Assembly (NCBI RefSeq): GCF_025526975.1
Contig: NW_026515674.1
Span: 620,001-684,000, forward strand
Length of the DNA stretch: 64,000 nucleotides
Direction: 5' to 3'
Origin: Fimicolochytrium jonesii
Taxonomy: Eukaryota
A program made the translations under genes and the position numbers. Below the pieces are notes generated by a model. It was given only the letters and a program-made list of their open reading frames with translations. It had not been told where the DNA came from and did no database searches. The stretch's first letter is position 1. Every line of letters starts with the position of its first letter. This document shows, in pieces, positions 24,974 to 38,025 of this stretch.

Positions 24974-27900
24974 ATGACCCAAAACACAGCAGGCGGTCCG
25001 GAAGTCCGGCGGCAATCCCGTCTCTCGACATCCCAACCACGGACGAGTATCATTTCACGCGGGAACAGAGAAAACCAGAACACCGACGTTCAGAACCCCG
25101 ACTCGACGATACGGCGGACGTCCAATGTTGCGCCCGATGCAAGGATCGGAACAGGGGCCAGATCGAAAGATCCTGGTGTAGATGAGCCCAATTCAACTCG
25201 GACCACAAGGACATCGATGACTGCACAAATCTACGCGACAGGCTCCGAACGACCTTCGAAGGTAGTCAGTCGTCAGCCGTCCCGCGCATCCATTATTGAG
25301 GACACAGAGGTATGCGCTTGCTTTCTCTATGGGCAAGCAGATTAGACGATCCAACCGCTTGCCACGCAGGGTATTTCCCGATATAGCACCCGAGGAGCAT
25401 CTCATCTAGACGCATCAAATGTGACATCTTCCAGAACAGACGGCTCAACCTTCGTTCGAACACCTCTCAACACGAACAATCACGATTCATTTATGAGTTC
25501 AGCGAAGCCTGGAAAGACCGACGGAGGTATCTGGACCAGCGGCTCTTGCCGATCGCCAGAAGATATGCCGTTTCTGACGACTTAATTCCGTAGACAGAGG
25601 TCGCCAGGAGGCCACCAAACAGCCATTATCGGCTTCTACTGCATCTTACAAGTCCTCATTGGAGGTACAGGTCGCTTGCCTTTCTTTATGCTTGCCTGAA
25701 GCTGATGAGGATCGGTTTTTGTTACAGCCGTTAGGTAGCCTGTCGAGCATTGAGCAAGAAAGGTTGATCATCAACGACCTCCTTTACATCCTGATGGTAC
25801 GTCTCTGACCAAATCAACTGAACCGTTCATGAGGCTGAACCCAGTTCAGGGGATAGATGGGTTGTATATCCCTCGCCGTCGAAAGTATTTGGAGAAGGAA
25901 AAAGGTGACCGAGAACGTCGAGAAACCATTGAATTTACGCTGGATCCCACAATGGGTATGTTCAGATCATGCCTCCAATGGTTAGTCGACGAAAAAATTG
26001 ACATACCGGTCTCTCCTCAGATCCATCTTTGGCGGAACTGGTGAAGCGGATGCTGCCGATAGCTGTATACCTTCACAAGATTGACAACTACATCGAAACT
26101 CAAACGAGATTCCGCAGCGGACGCGTGCAGCACGCTCTGGCGGCCACAACGAGGGCATTACTCAAGGTATGTCTGTCGTCCGTTTTGCGCTAACAACGAA
26201 AGACGCTGATGGTTCGGTGTAGAACTACTTCATGCTGATAGCACAACTAGAAAACCAGACACTGGGCACGCCAGATTTTGGTTTGCAACAGCTCTGGTTC
26301 TATATCCACCCATCGCTACTGAGCATGTCGGCAATCGCGTCTTTGATTGATGCGCTGTTAGATGCTGAGACGAAGAGCATTCAGGCACATCGGAAAAGCG
26401 CAAAGAGCGCCGCCGCGAAGGTGGGGGCGTCCAGTGCGGCGAACAGCTATATTGACGAGAGCAATCTGGAAGGACTGAGTCCAGGTGGTGGGCTCATCCT
26501 CAGTGTGATTTGTGATCGCTTACTTTCATTTAGCGGGTATGATGAGAAACATGGAGTTTTGTCCGTGACCCTCTTTTGACCTCTAAGTACCGCAGGGATC
26601 CCGTCATGAAAAGGCTCTATGGACAGCTACTCTCAGCGGCAGCAGTGCCCTACAACATCATGCTCTCCAAATGGATCCACTCCGGCTTCATCATAGATCC
26701 GCACGCCGAGTTCATGGTCCGCGAGATCCTATCATTCGATTCGGAACAACTCCGGCAGGCGTACAGCGACGTCTATTGGGAAGCCCGCTACGAGCTGCGG
26801 GCGGATCATGTACCCACATTCTTTTCAACCTATCAGAATCGGATCTTTCTCGCTGGCAAATACCTGAATGTGTTGCGAGAATGTAAGGTGAATGTGTCTG
26901 AGGTTGACGATCCGGAGGCGATGTCGCGCGCAATCATATCTGGCGGGTCATCGACAGCCCTATCGCCGATGGGAGACATTGTCGAGGTCATTGGCGCTGA
27001 GAGACTGATCAACGACATCGAGAACGCCTATGCGTATGCAAATCGCGATTTCTTGAAGCTGCTGTGGAAGGACTGCAGTCTTCTAGACAGACTCCGATCA
27101 GTAAAGCACTATTTCCTCTTGGACAAGTCCGATTTTTTTGTCCACTTTTTGGATGTCTCGCACGAACACTTGCTCAAGCCCGCGAAAGACGTTGGCATCG
27201 AGCAAGTGAAGTTGCTACTCGAACTAGTTCTGCGCGATCCTGCAGCGGGTCATGGACTCAACACCTTCAAGGAGGACGTAGAAGTGCAACTTTGCCCGAA
27301 ACTGTTCATTCCGCGCCTTGCGCAGATCAGCAAGGGGGCTCTGGAGATTCCCAAGTCCTTTGGCAAGCGGAAAGCTCGGTCTGGGAGACCCGCTGTGGAT
27401 TATATGAATGACTTGGATCTTAGGTTCCAGGCGAGCATCTATCCGGGAGTCGATGGCACTCAGACTGGTGAGCCGAAGTGATTGAACCAGCCTCTCCTGT
27501 GGGCTCAAGCTGATGCTGATCCCGGTGCGTGATTGTCGTTCTTCTTCAGGTCTTGAAGCGCTCCAATTACAATACTGCGTGCCATTCCCCACCTCGCTCA
27601 TCATCACGAAGAGAACCCTCGAAAAATATCAAGTGCTCTTCCGACACCTGTTCCATTGCAAGTACGTCGAACGGCAACTGGCCGACGCCTGGCGTGATGA
27701 AGCCAAGACGAAACTATACAACCGAAGCAGGCGGTTCCGAAAGCAAAAGTCCCAAATGCTTTTGGAAGATGTGGGGGAGGAAGATGCAGACGTTGAGAGA
27801 GAGGCGATGTTTATGGCGAGGATTTGCGCTTTGAGGACAAAGATGTTGCATTTGATGCAGCAGTACTTGTACCATGTCTGTTATGAGGTTATAGAGCCGT

Positions 27901-28658
27901 TGTGGAATAGATTTGAAGAGCAAATCCAGAAGGTATGCCCCGTTTTGTGGAATGGATACGGTTTACGGCGAAAATCCAACGGTCTGATACCATCCCTTTT
28001 GATCACAGGTGGACACTGTTGAGGAAGTGCAAAGCGTTCAAACAGAGTTCCAAGACCGGCTGTTCAAGGAGTGTATGCTATGGGATTACGAGATGCTGAA
28101 GGTTTGGGTCCTTGCCTCAACAACATCAAGACTTGTGAGTTCCGCAACTAACAACTTCATTGTTAGGGCTTCCGAATTCTGCTCATGATCTGCATGGACT
28201 TCAGCCACTTCTCCCACTCTTATTGTCATTACAAGACTCTCAATCCCTCCGGCGACACATACACTTCATCTTCCATGCCAGCAGGCATGAGCCACGATAG
28301 CCATCCCTCCGCATTCCCGGAACAAGCGCACATCTCCGACTCCTATGTCTCCGCAGTCCTCAACCCAGCAGAAGCCGACCGCGTCCTGTCCAATTTCGAG
28401 GTTTCCTTCCTGCATCACATGCGACGACTGATCGACACGCTGAAATACAACGGGGTGACGGAAACGGGCCTTTTCTCGGGTCTGGCGGCGCGGTTGGACT
28501 ACAATCTCTTCTTTGCTAGGTTGCCACCGGATTTGTCGATGGTGGTGCAGGCTGGAGTCGGTTCTGCGGTCGGGTCGGCTGCATCGCTGGTAGGGGAGGG
28601 CGATGATGAGAAGTGGGCCGCAAGGGATGGACGAGTGCCAGAGGCTCTGATTCGATAA
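24974..28658 (+). CDS. SPC97: Gamma-tubulin complex component GCP2 (Spc97/Alp4)
   Basis: QERLIINDLLYILMGIDGLYI, LQQLWFYIHP, DPHAEFMV, AGKYLNVLREC, SVKHYFLLDKSDFF, KYQVLFRHLF, YEVIEPLW, RLDYN. Confidence 0.9.
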
Positions 28659-29264
28659 TGGAATGAGATGCATTCAGATTGGGGTCACCTCAGTAAGATA
28701 GTACTTCCAAGGCACGGCGTCGATTCGCAGATAGCTCAGGGACCGATCATTGATGATTTGTATTTTGTACATGTTGCAACGCCCGGAGCGTCATATCTCC
28801 ATTGCTTCATTGTCATCCTTCTATGTCGATGCCGCGAAACTCCCTCAGTGGTTCTCAGAGACTGGTTTCTTTTCGCCAGCGACCCCGTGAACTGGGGCTG
28901 GCAGACTTGCATGTTCGTGGACAAGAAGTACAAAGCAGCGTTGTGGGTTCAGTTGTAATTATGGTAACCACGCGGACGTTTCCATTCTGGGTCGCCTTCA
29001 ATTCCTCAGCATTCATCCATTGTCCCTGGGCATCGACATGCAGCTTACTGCACTTAAGATTCACCCAATTTGAACTCCATTCCGTCACAGGGTCACTGCC
29101 TGAGGACCCGCAATATGGAGTGCCCTTTGCCCAAAATGCCCACGGTATATATTGAGGGAGGTATGACCCACTCCTTTTCCGTTCAAAAAGAGCGGCATCA
29201 CCAGCAGTGAAGTCTAACGCCTCGGCAACTTATAACCTCACAACTGTCGCCTTATAGCACGAGC

Positions 29265-31130
29265 ATGGCGGGCATAGCAGATGGCGATACTTCAGCGCCT
29301 CCTGCTTCGGGCGACAGGTATGATGACACCACCAGTGCCGACGATGCGAGACTTGTTATGTTAGCCGAAGCTGGCGTAAGTGATTTTTGTCTCCTGCTGG
29401 ATATCTTACGAAGGCTCGTGAAAAGCTCATACCGTCATCTTCGGTTTGCCTCTAACTACGTCCACTTCTGACGTCGCTCGATTTGATGAAAACGCAGGCT
29501 GGATTGTCCATCATTTTGGGTTCAGCGGTGGTTGTGACCTTCTTACTGATCAGGAAATATCAGCCCGCTTTGGTATGTCATCTTAAATGGGAGCGGACAT
29601 GTGATCTAAGTACGCAAGTCCAGCAGGAATGGAGTATCGTGTTCTCACGAGACGCCAGTGAATATGTACGCCATGGCATCGATGGCTCTCCTGCGAAGGG
29701 AAGCCATCCTCGCATCCGAGAACGGCGGTGCTCTCAGTCAGGAGTCATCTTCTAACCGACTCTCTCTCGTCACCGTGGTCTAGGCTTCCCGAGTGTCGCT
29801 GCGTTTGGCAGTCGTCGGCGTCTCATGCGACATCTGCTACGGGATCGCGTATCTCATCTCCTGCCTGCCGACAGGCCCATCAAAGCTCTGTGATTGGTCC
29901 ATGTTTTTCACCGTTCTTTTCCTCCTCTGCTCGCTTTTCCTCACCGCCTCGATCGGCTTGAATCTCCTCCTCGTCTTCGTACTCAAAGTGCAAAAGGACC
30001 GTCACATCGAACGAACTTGCTACTTTGCATGCGGCGTTATGGCTGTCCTTGTGCCATCCATCGGACAGGGAATGGGTGTCTTTGGATGGGACGGGTCGGA
30101 ATGCTGGTACGCGTACGATAAGGAAGTCGACCCAAGTTACGACAAGGTGTTTGCCTGGCAATGGGGAACGTACTACTTTTGGATTCTCTCCGTGTCGATC
30201 TTTTGCACGACCTGCCTAATCCTATTTGCTCTGGCCGCGCGGAATCCCCACAAGGCTCAAAAAAGCGATGCCGCCATTTTGTCATCGAAGGACGCTTCGG
30301 TGCAAAAGCAATTCGCTAAAACGGATAAATTGGTGCGTAAAGCGGTTGGCAGGATCAAGTGGTACTGCGTGGTGCCGCTGGTGGCCCATTTCTTCTCTTT
30401 CTTTTCGGACATGTATTATCGTGCGTACGGAATCAACGTCATGTGGGCCATGGATGTCGCCAATTTCATGAGTGCGGCTATGGTGAGTTGTCATCATTTG
30501 ATTACAGTTACGGGGAAAGCGTGCAAGCACTGACGACCGACCTCATCTTGCGCCCAGGGAGCACTCAGTGCCACCATCTTCTTCACGCTTGATCCCTCCG
30601 TCGCACACGCGTTCAAGAAGCTTCGCACGTCCTTCTTCCAAGCCTATTACTTCCGATTTCACGTCCTCAGCGATGCCCCCGGCGGCCTGTCACGTTCAAA
30701 TACCGCCCCTCGCACGCTTATCTCTACCGATCACAGCGTCACCCGATTACAATCAGTTTCAGGAGCACGGTTACACTTCGGCGGCTCGAAGAAAGGCTCC
30801 GACGAGGAAAACAACCCGGGCCCTTCCCCGGCGCCGCATGCCTTGACCACAACACCGACGCTCATCCTCCGCCACCCACTTCCCCACACCCTCCCCTGCT
30901 ACCTCGCTCGTATCCTTGTCAGAGACACCGACCGCGCGAAGTACATCAAAATGCAGTTGGACGCGCGGAAACGTGCGTCGGCGAATATGCTTGGGCGGAC
31001 TTCGGCTATGCCAACCTCGAGGCCGAGGGTGGGCCCGCCTGTGGAAGACAAGCACGCCGAATCGTCCACAGGCCTTACGTCGAGTTTCGCAGAGGTGAAT
31101 GTGGCGGCTGGAGCGTTAGAGCATTTGTGA
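29265..31130 (+). CDS. Seven-transmembrane GPCR-like receptor (cAMP-receptor/Git3-like)
   Basis: Successive hydrophobic helices, Cys before TM3 (KLCDWSMFF), ECL2 GWDGSECWY, basic loop before RIKWYCVVPLV, TM7 followed by DP; multi-exon. Confidence 0.7.
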
Positions 31131-31548
31131 TTGGACACACTGGCGGGGTTTGAATTTTTAATTACGGATTAGGGAACTCTCAGGTGGTGAAATGCGCTGC
31201 GCCGCTCGAGCTAGGACATAGAGAGAATTGATGCTGCGACCGGCTCTCCGAAGCGCAACAATATGAATTGAATTTAGACTTCTGCAAGGTCCTCGTTGCT
31301 GTGGGGTACTGGAGGATTCCCGTTTGCGACCTCTTCCGAGCAACCGACATTTGACGTGTTTCCCATAAACTTCGTGACGGCGAAATCAGCACCATGAGCC
31401 GTCACGTGAGGGAAATTCAATGCCATTTTTGGCAGGAGGCACAGAATTTGACAGCGCGTCCCCTTTCTGGAGGCCCGTCAGCGTCTGACATAAGCTTTTC
31501 CCCCACAAACCCGCTCTGTGAATCCCCATAGCGAGTCTCCACGGAAGG

Positions 31549-32724
31549 GTGAGACACCAAATAAGGGTAAAGCTTATGGACCCCCACAGGGAATGTCCGG
31601 GATTTCGAAAAGGAAGACGTATGAAACACGAACCACTTGGAGGTGACAGCAACCAAGTTTCCTCAAAAGCCGCAAACTCGTCGCGGCGTTCTGAGCACGG
31701 GAAAAGCCCAACTTCTGTGCCCTGCGAAATCAACTTTGCAGGCATAATGAGCACCTTGACTGAACCGGCCACAATGTTGAGCGTAGATCAATCGGCTACG
31801 ATCTCACCTTTTGTCAGATCGCATACACCACCTCTCGTCGATTTGCCTATGCAACCAACAACGAAGTCACCATCAACAAGGATATCCGCAGTGCCACATA
31901 CGCATTCCACCACTACGAACCCCAAAATCGCCACACTCCTCAGCCTCCCGCCCGAAACCCTCACCCAAATCGCGCTCCTCACCTCTATCCCAACCCTCTC
32001 GGCACTCCGTCTCACCCACCGCTACCTCGCTCGTGCCCTCCCAACACCGCAACACCTCCTCAACATCGAGCTCACGCACCTGCTCACGACCTACACCCCC
32101 GACGAAGCGCTGGGCCGCGCCGTCATCCGCGGGAGCTATCTGGCCAACATCAAGTGGGGCGCGGTAGCGGATATCGGTCACGAAGCACATGTGAGGCTCG
32201 TTGCGGGCGTGTTGAGGCGCGGGGCGAGGTGGACTAGGGCTTTCGTGTATGTCTGGGGTCGTGGGGCCAGGGAGGTTGGAGGCGAAAGTGAGGAAACAGC
32301 GAATGAGTATGGTGTCGGGACCGCTCAGCTGGCGCCTGCGGTCGAGGGAAACGTGTTGGCGGGCATTCTGGGCGTAGATTTCGAGGCCGAAGCGGAGGGT
32401 CGTGGCGGCGGCATCACGGAGGTACTCGATGCGGCGGGGGTTGCGGACCGGCATCTACTGTGGCAGATCGCGAGGGAGTCGTCGCCCTGCAGTGGCTCTA
32501 TCGCGCGACCGATCCCACCAAGTGATCCGACGCTGTATGGATTGTGGTTGTGGGAGGTGCAGGTGGTTGTGATTAGGCGCTGGTGCAAGATCTTTGGTGA
32601 GAGGGGCGATGCCGAGATGGTTCGCACTTTCATTCCTGCGCTTGGCTTGTTCGAAGTTGCCGCGTTGAGCAGATGTGCCGAGGTGGTGGGTGAGGCGCAT
32701 CGGATGTGGTCGAAAGCTAGGTGA
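31549..32724 (+). CDS. F-box-like protein, intronless; true start may be ATG 31747
   Basis: TLLSLPPETLTQIALLTSIPTLSALRLTHRYL fits the F-box pattern. Confidence 0.6.
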   Translation: MRHQIRVKLMDPHRECPGFRKGRRMKHEPLGGDSNQVSSKAANSSRRSEHGKSPTSVPCEINFAGIMSTLTEPATMLSVDQSATISPFVRSHTPPLVDLPMQPTTKSPSTRISAVPHTHSTTTNPKIATLLSLPPETLTQIALLTSIPTLSALRLTHRYLARALPTPQHLLNIELTHLLTTYTPDEALGRAVIRGSYLANIKWGAVADIGHEAHVRLVAGVLRRGARWTRAFVYVWGRGAREVGGESEETANEYGVGTAQLAPAVEGNVLAGILGVDFEAEAEGRGGGITEVLDAAGVADRHLLWQIARESSPCSGSIARPIPPSDPTLYGLWLWEVQVVVIRRWCKIFGERGDAEMVRTFIPALGLFEVAALSRCAEVVGEAHRMWSKAR

Positions 32725-32977
32725 AGCAAAGTTCCCACGACACATATTCTGTAAAATACCTGGTCCCTTCCTGCTCTCCATGAGAGTGTTGTGTTCATGT
32801 AATGGCCATATCAAATGTACATGTACGAAAACAAGTCTTGTCTAAAAAAAGTAAAAGTGACAGAAAGATCGCTACAAGAGATGAAAATGGAGGACTATAT
32901 ATACAAGTGGCCGTAATCACGCTCTCTTTCCCCATATCCAGATCAAGGGGGCCGAAATCAGCGACTATACTGCTCTA

Positions 32978-35900
32978 TCATCTCTTCCAAATGACACTCA
33001 ACCGACTCTTGACTTTGTTCCCCACCGACGCACTCCTCGGTCTCCCGGCGGTGCCCATCTGCGACCCCAAATCCCCACCCACCATCGGGTACGCATCAAA
33101 GTCATCCGGAATAGGCGGAGGCGTCGGTGGAACCATCAACGAATCCGATGACCCGCGAAACTCGCCCAACGTATCTCGGCGGACGCGATGGGCGAATGTC
33201 CATGTTCCTGACGGGGCGGTAGGTGTGCGGCCCTCGCCGCCGAGGGTATATTGCTGCTGATCCGACGCCGAGGACGTTTCTGCCGCTGAACCTGACGGGA
33301 ACAGTTCGCGGTCGAGGTGGAACATGGATCGGTCGTCCTCTGATTCCCTGCCACCGATCACTGATACGGACTCACTTGAGTTGTTGGAGTTCAGACTGGA
33401 TCCGAAGGAGCTGACGCTGCCCAGTCGTTTGCGGTCGCTGTAGTTTGCATCCTTCGAGGAGGCTTCCCGGTCTGCGCCACCCTGGTGGTGGTGGTGCTGG
33501 CTATGCAGCGGTGAAGAAACGGTGCTACTTGAATGCATAAGCGACTTGAAGAACTGTTTCGCATTGTTGCCCGTTTTCCGATGCGTATGAGACGAGTGGT
33601 GATGATTCGCTCCTCGAATCCGCCGTTCCATCTCCTGCGTAAACGTCCCGCCCGACAGGGACGATTCGCTGCGCGACAGCCCCGAAAACTCTGTAAGCTG
33701 CTTCGAGGTCCCGTGTGGAAATTTCGAACCTTTCCGCTGCGGAGGGACGGGTGACGAGATGGTGCTTCGGCTGAAATCCCGTTGCAAGGCGTCCCAGTCT
33801 GTTATCAGCGTCTCGGGCGGTTTGATGTCCATCAGCAGATCTACGCTCGGTGCGGCTGCAAGTGGAGCGACGGGCAGTAGCTCCGACGAGGATTGCAGTA
33901 CGTCCTCCGTGCTTCTAGAGGCGGTGCCATACGCTTGTATCGACGACCGAGATGACATTTCCGACGATCGTCCCACCGGATCCGACTCTGCTCGCGGGCG
34001 CGGCGACAGGGTGATTTTCGGGTTAAAGCTGTACTCGTTCAGTTCGTCTCCGATCAAGGCAGCGAGGTACTCCTCGCTCTCTGCATGCAACGACGGTTTC
34101 CGCAGTAGCGTTTCGTGCGGCGTGTTCATGAACTCCGCGTGGCGGGCTTTCAGTGTTCGACATTCATCGACCAACCCAGCCAGCAGCGGTATCCGCGGCG
34201 CTTGCTCCAGCAACGCATCCATGTTGCCGTCGAAAAACTGGTACAGGCATTCAACGTCCTTTCTCGGTAAAGGATGCAACCGCGTAACGTCAGATGGTGA
34301 GAGCTCCAGAGGCTCTGGGGGTATCGTAGATATTCTATCAATGAAGCCTCTCATTGACGTAATGTTTTGTGCAATGAATGCGTTACATTGCACCATGTAT
34401 GGTTCCTTCGATCCAAAATCGGTCAGGTTGGCCAGGTTCTGAAGGATCTTGGCGACGAGGGTGAACGTGCGTGATGTGGGCGGGTCCGGGTGGTCGGGTA
34501 TCAAGTTGAACAACTTTGGGTGTAAAATGGCGGGACAGAAGAAGCGGAGGAAGATGAAGCCGCTGATTGCTGCGTATGGGATCGATTGGTTGCTTTCCAC
34601 GTCTTGTGGCCATTTTCGATCTACCTCCATCCGGATGTGTGCGAAGACTTCGCGGAGGACTGATGGACATTGCTCGTATGAACTGGATATTGCGACCCAG
34701 AAGTCATCTGTCACGCCCAACAGTCGGTCCCAGTTCTCGGCTAGTAGTTCGGGGCGAGCGATGCGAGTCGCGTCAACTTCACAGTGCATGTTGGTGGAGT
34801 AGACATGTTTCACAAGAATCCCAATGGTGGACGACAGGTAATCCATTCCGACCATCTTCATGAACTGGTCCACAGCCTTGGTGGCCAAAGTATTGCCTCG
34901 GAACACTATGTTTGGATTCTCCGTCTGCCTGATCTCATCGCTCAACAGATTCTTGAGAGCAGCTACTCCATCTCCTCTCGCCGTCATGATGTTCATAAAC
35001 ACCTTGGCGACGGACTCTCGTTGCATCCCGCATACTGCACCCAGCGCCTTGACGCATGTCAGCGACTTCTCCGTCACCAGATCGACGAACCGCAAGTACT
35101 GCGAGCGCGGCAACAGCTGTTGAGTGTTGGAGTGGAATCCTATCCGAATCGAACCAGAAGAGGGCGCTTCCGGCTTACTAATTTGCGGGAGCTGCTTTAT
35201 CGGGTACCACTGTTCCGTCCGCGAAGAAGCCTTCGGATTGAATAGGTTGATACTGACGTAGCCAATATCCTGGCTGCCGTTGAAGATGACCACCCGTAAC
35301 CGATTGTAGTGTGGGCACACATTGACGAACTCGAACTCCTCTCCCCAGAATGGTGCAGTTGCGCCCTTCTTCGTTGTACGTGCTTGCTTCACATCGTCCA
35401 GCAATGCGATGCAATACACGCTCATGTCGGAGTTGGGCGCTGGGCTGTGCAGATCTTTCGCCTCCATCACTGATAGCTGGAAAGACCTGATCACCGCATA
35501 GTCTTCTTCCTCGTTTTCTGAGACTTGCGATCTCACACCATCCTTCTCTCGGAGCAATATTCCTTTTATGCAACAGGACGCGAATGCACGAAGATCGCTC
35601 ATCCAATTCTGCTTTTCCACCGCCGATTCGGCGATGAGATTGTACGTCTCTTTCCCGCGTTGTGTTAGACATATTATCTGAAAACAGTGCGGCCGCGCAA
35701 AATAGCTGTTATCCAGATCATGGATCGCACTGTGACGCAGGGGTAGAATCTCGATGGGTGGCGTGTCTGTGTTCGGGCTGTCAAAGCCCAACAGAGTCTG
35801 CGCCTCTCTCAGAAAGACAAAATAGCGCGGCTGCCACCCCCTCGTGAAATCTCCTCGTTTCAGCAACATTCTCCCCGTCCTCGCCGGTTGTGGTATGCTA

Positions 35901-37140
35901 GATGGGAAGACGCCTTCGAAAGCGTGCGCGTCCTCGTCGATTGTGTGGCACTGCGTGAAAGCATCCATATCCCCTTCGATATCGATTGCTTTGTAGTCCG
36001 CGATGCAGTTATCGAACGATTCTAAGATTGTGCCCTGATATGTTCGTTCCATGTGTAAGGTGTCGCCCAAGATCTTTTTCACGGCCTGAAAGCGGCCTTG
36101 CTCGTTCTGTCGTAGATCCTTGTACATCGTCGGAAGCACGTGGCCGTAATACTGCTCCTGGCAGTTTTTGCAGATGTCTCCGAAAACTAGAAGGACTTCA
36201 TTGGCCGCATCAGCTTTCTCAGAGGCTTCCACGGCTCGGGTGGTGAGCTAGGTTCTATTGATTAGAGGCGAGCAGTCTGGAGGCATATACTTGTTCGACC
36301 ATGTGTGACATACTTTTTCCATCTCTCGATCCTTCACCCCTCGAGCTGATCCGGCTTTGCATTTGTTGTTGGCCTCAATAGCCTGTGTCTGTAAATTACG
36401 ATATTCGCTTCTAGCCTGGGCCGAGGTACTGCGTCAGGAAGCTTTCCAGTTCAGTAAGTCCTGAGCTGGTGTTGTACCTGTTTGAAAGCCGCTCCCGCTT
36501 GATCCCATCGTTTCATAAAGTCCGCATTCCGGTTGACATGCACCTTATGCGCGACCTCCATGTCCCTGATTAACATCAGGAACGGGTCCAATATTGTGTT
36601 TTGCAGAGACAGCGCAAGATTTCTCTGTGGAACGCCGAAAAGTGAGCCGCGAGATCCCTCTTCCTTCGAGAAACGAAAGATTACCCACATGAGTTTCCGC
36701 AGACTTCCGGATCTGATCCACGTAGTCGTAGAATGTTTGCCACAACGACCTGAGCGAACGATCGCGGTGAGCAGAGGGCATAGTGGCGCCTGCCGAACAT
36801 CCCAGATCATCCAAAATTGACATACGTTCCAGTGACATCCCCTCTATTTAACTCGCGCATCGACTGCCCCACGCCTTTCATGCCGCCATCGAGGTCAGGC
36901 ACCTGTGCCCCGTGCTGGGAGGGTCTTTGAGCGCCTTGTGCTAGTTTGTCTACGACGGGAGAAAGTTTAGCATCGCCGTCTACGAAAGCGGAATCTCGGA
37001 TTATAGCAGTTCTGGAAGGCCATACATAGACCCTTGGCATATTCCATCTCGAGCTGCGACCTCTTCTTCAGGAGAAGGGCCAATTCCTTGCATTGTCGCA
37101 CCGAGTCCTCACTATACTGTAAGGCGCTCTCGCATGTCAT
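32978..37140 (-). CDS. Ras GTPase-activating protein with N-terminal FCH/F-BAR-like region, PH, C2 and RasGAP domains
   Basis: CKELALLLKKRSQLEMEYAKGL (FCH), GWQPRYFVFL (PH), LSVMEAKDL..APFWGEEFEF (C2), FRGNTLATKA and FLRFFCPAI (RasGAP). Confidence 0.85.
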
Positions 37141-38025
37141 CGTCGACGGGAGTGTCGTCGAGCACAGATGGCGGCCGGTACAGACTTCACTCAAACGATA
37201 CGCCCGCCGAACGTGGCCGTGTGCGTGACCGCCTAAATGTGAGTCGATGGAGCCTGAATTTGGCGTACTTGACGTGTAAGTTGCCTGACTCAGAGGTGGG
37301 CGGCGCAGGAGTAGGGCTTGCCGGTCGAAGCCTGAGAAGGGCAGTTGGGCCGCACAGCGACTTGGCGGCGGCGAGTGGGCGCTTTACGAGGAATTTCCAA
37401 AGTCCAGCTCTTTCGTCGCCGGTCGGTCTAGGTATCCACCTTCCGTCCTTCCTGCCAGCGAGTTCTGTTTGCCAAGTTGCCAACGGTGTCAGGTTTGAAC
37501 TTTTCGAGTACACTATGACCCCTGCGCTCGCAGTTCCATGACAAGGCGCTTGCTTATTCCTAGTAGTTGCCTTATTGCAATCACACAGTATATACTCTGC
37601 CTGGGTGCGTGGGTTGGCTCAGGTGGCTGCTGCACTAAACCAGCAAGCCCCGAGACCGTGGATCCGGCCGGCGCTCAATGCAATTAAATATCAACTTGTG
37701 ATTCGTGACAATACCCGAAAACAAAAGGATTTCAACAGCTTCCGCCGATCATTCCTTGACTAGGGCAATTTTTACAGCAACGCACACAACACAGCGCCAA
37801 GTCTGTGAACTGCTCAACAGCGGCAACGCCCCCCCAGTTCGGACATGCATGCGGCCCTCGAATGCGCGCATATAAATTTGGGCGAGGCCGGCGTGTCCGG
37901 TGCTATGCGTTCCATAGTTTCCCAGCTGTCTCATAATACCGGTGGACTCCCATAAATCCAAGTTCCCCCAGTTATCAAATCCACCAATCGAGTTAGTACA
38001 GTTAGTTCGTACAGCATAGCGAAGG

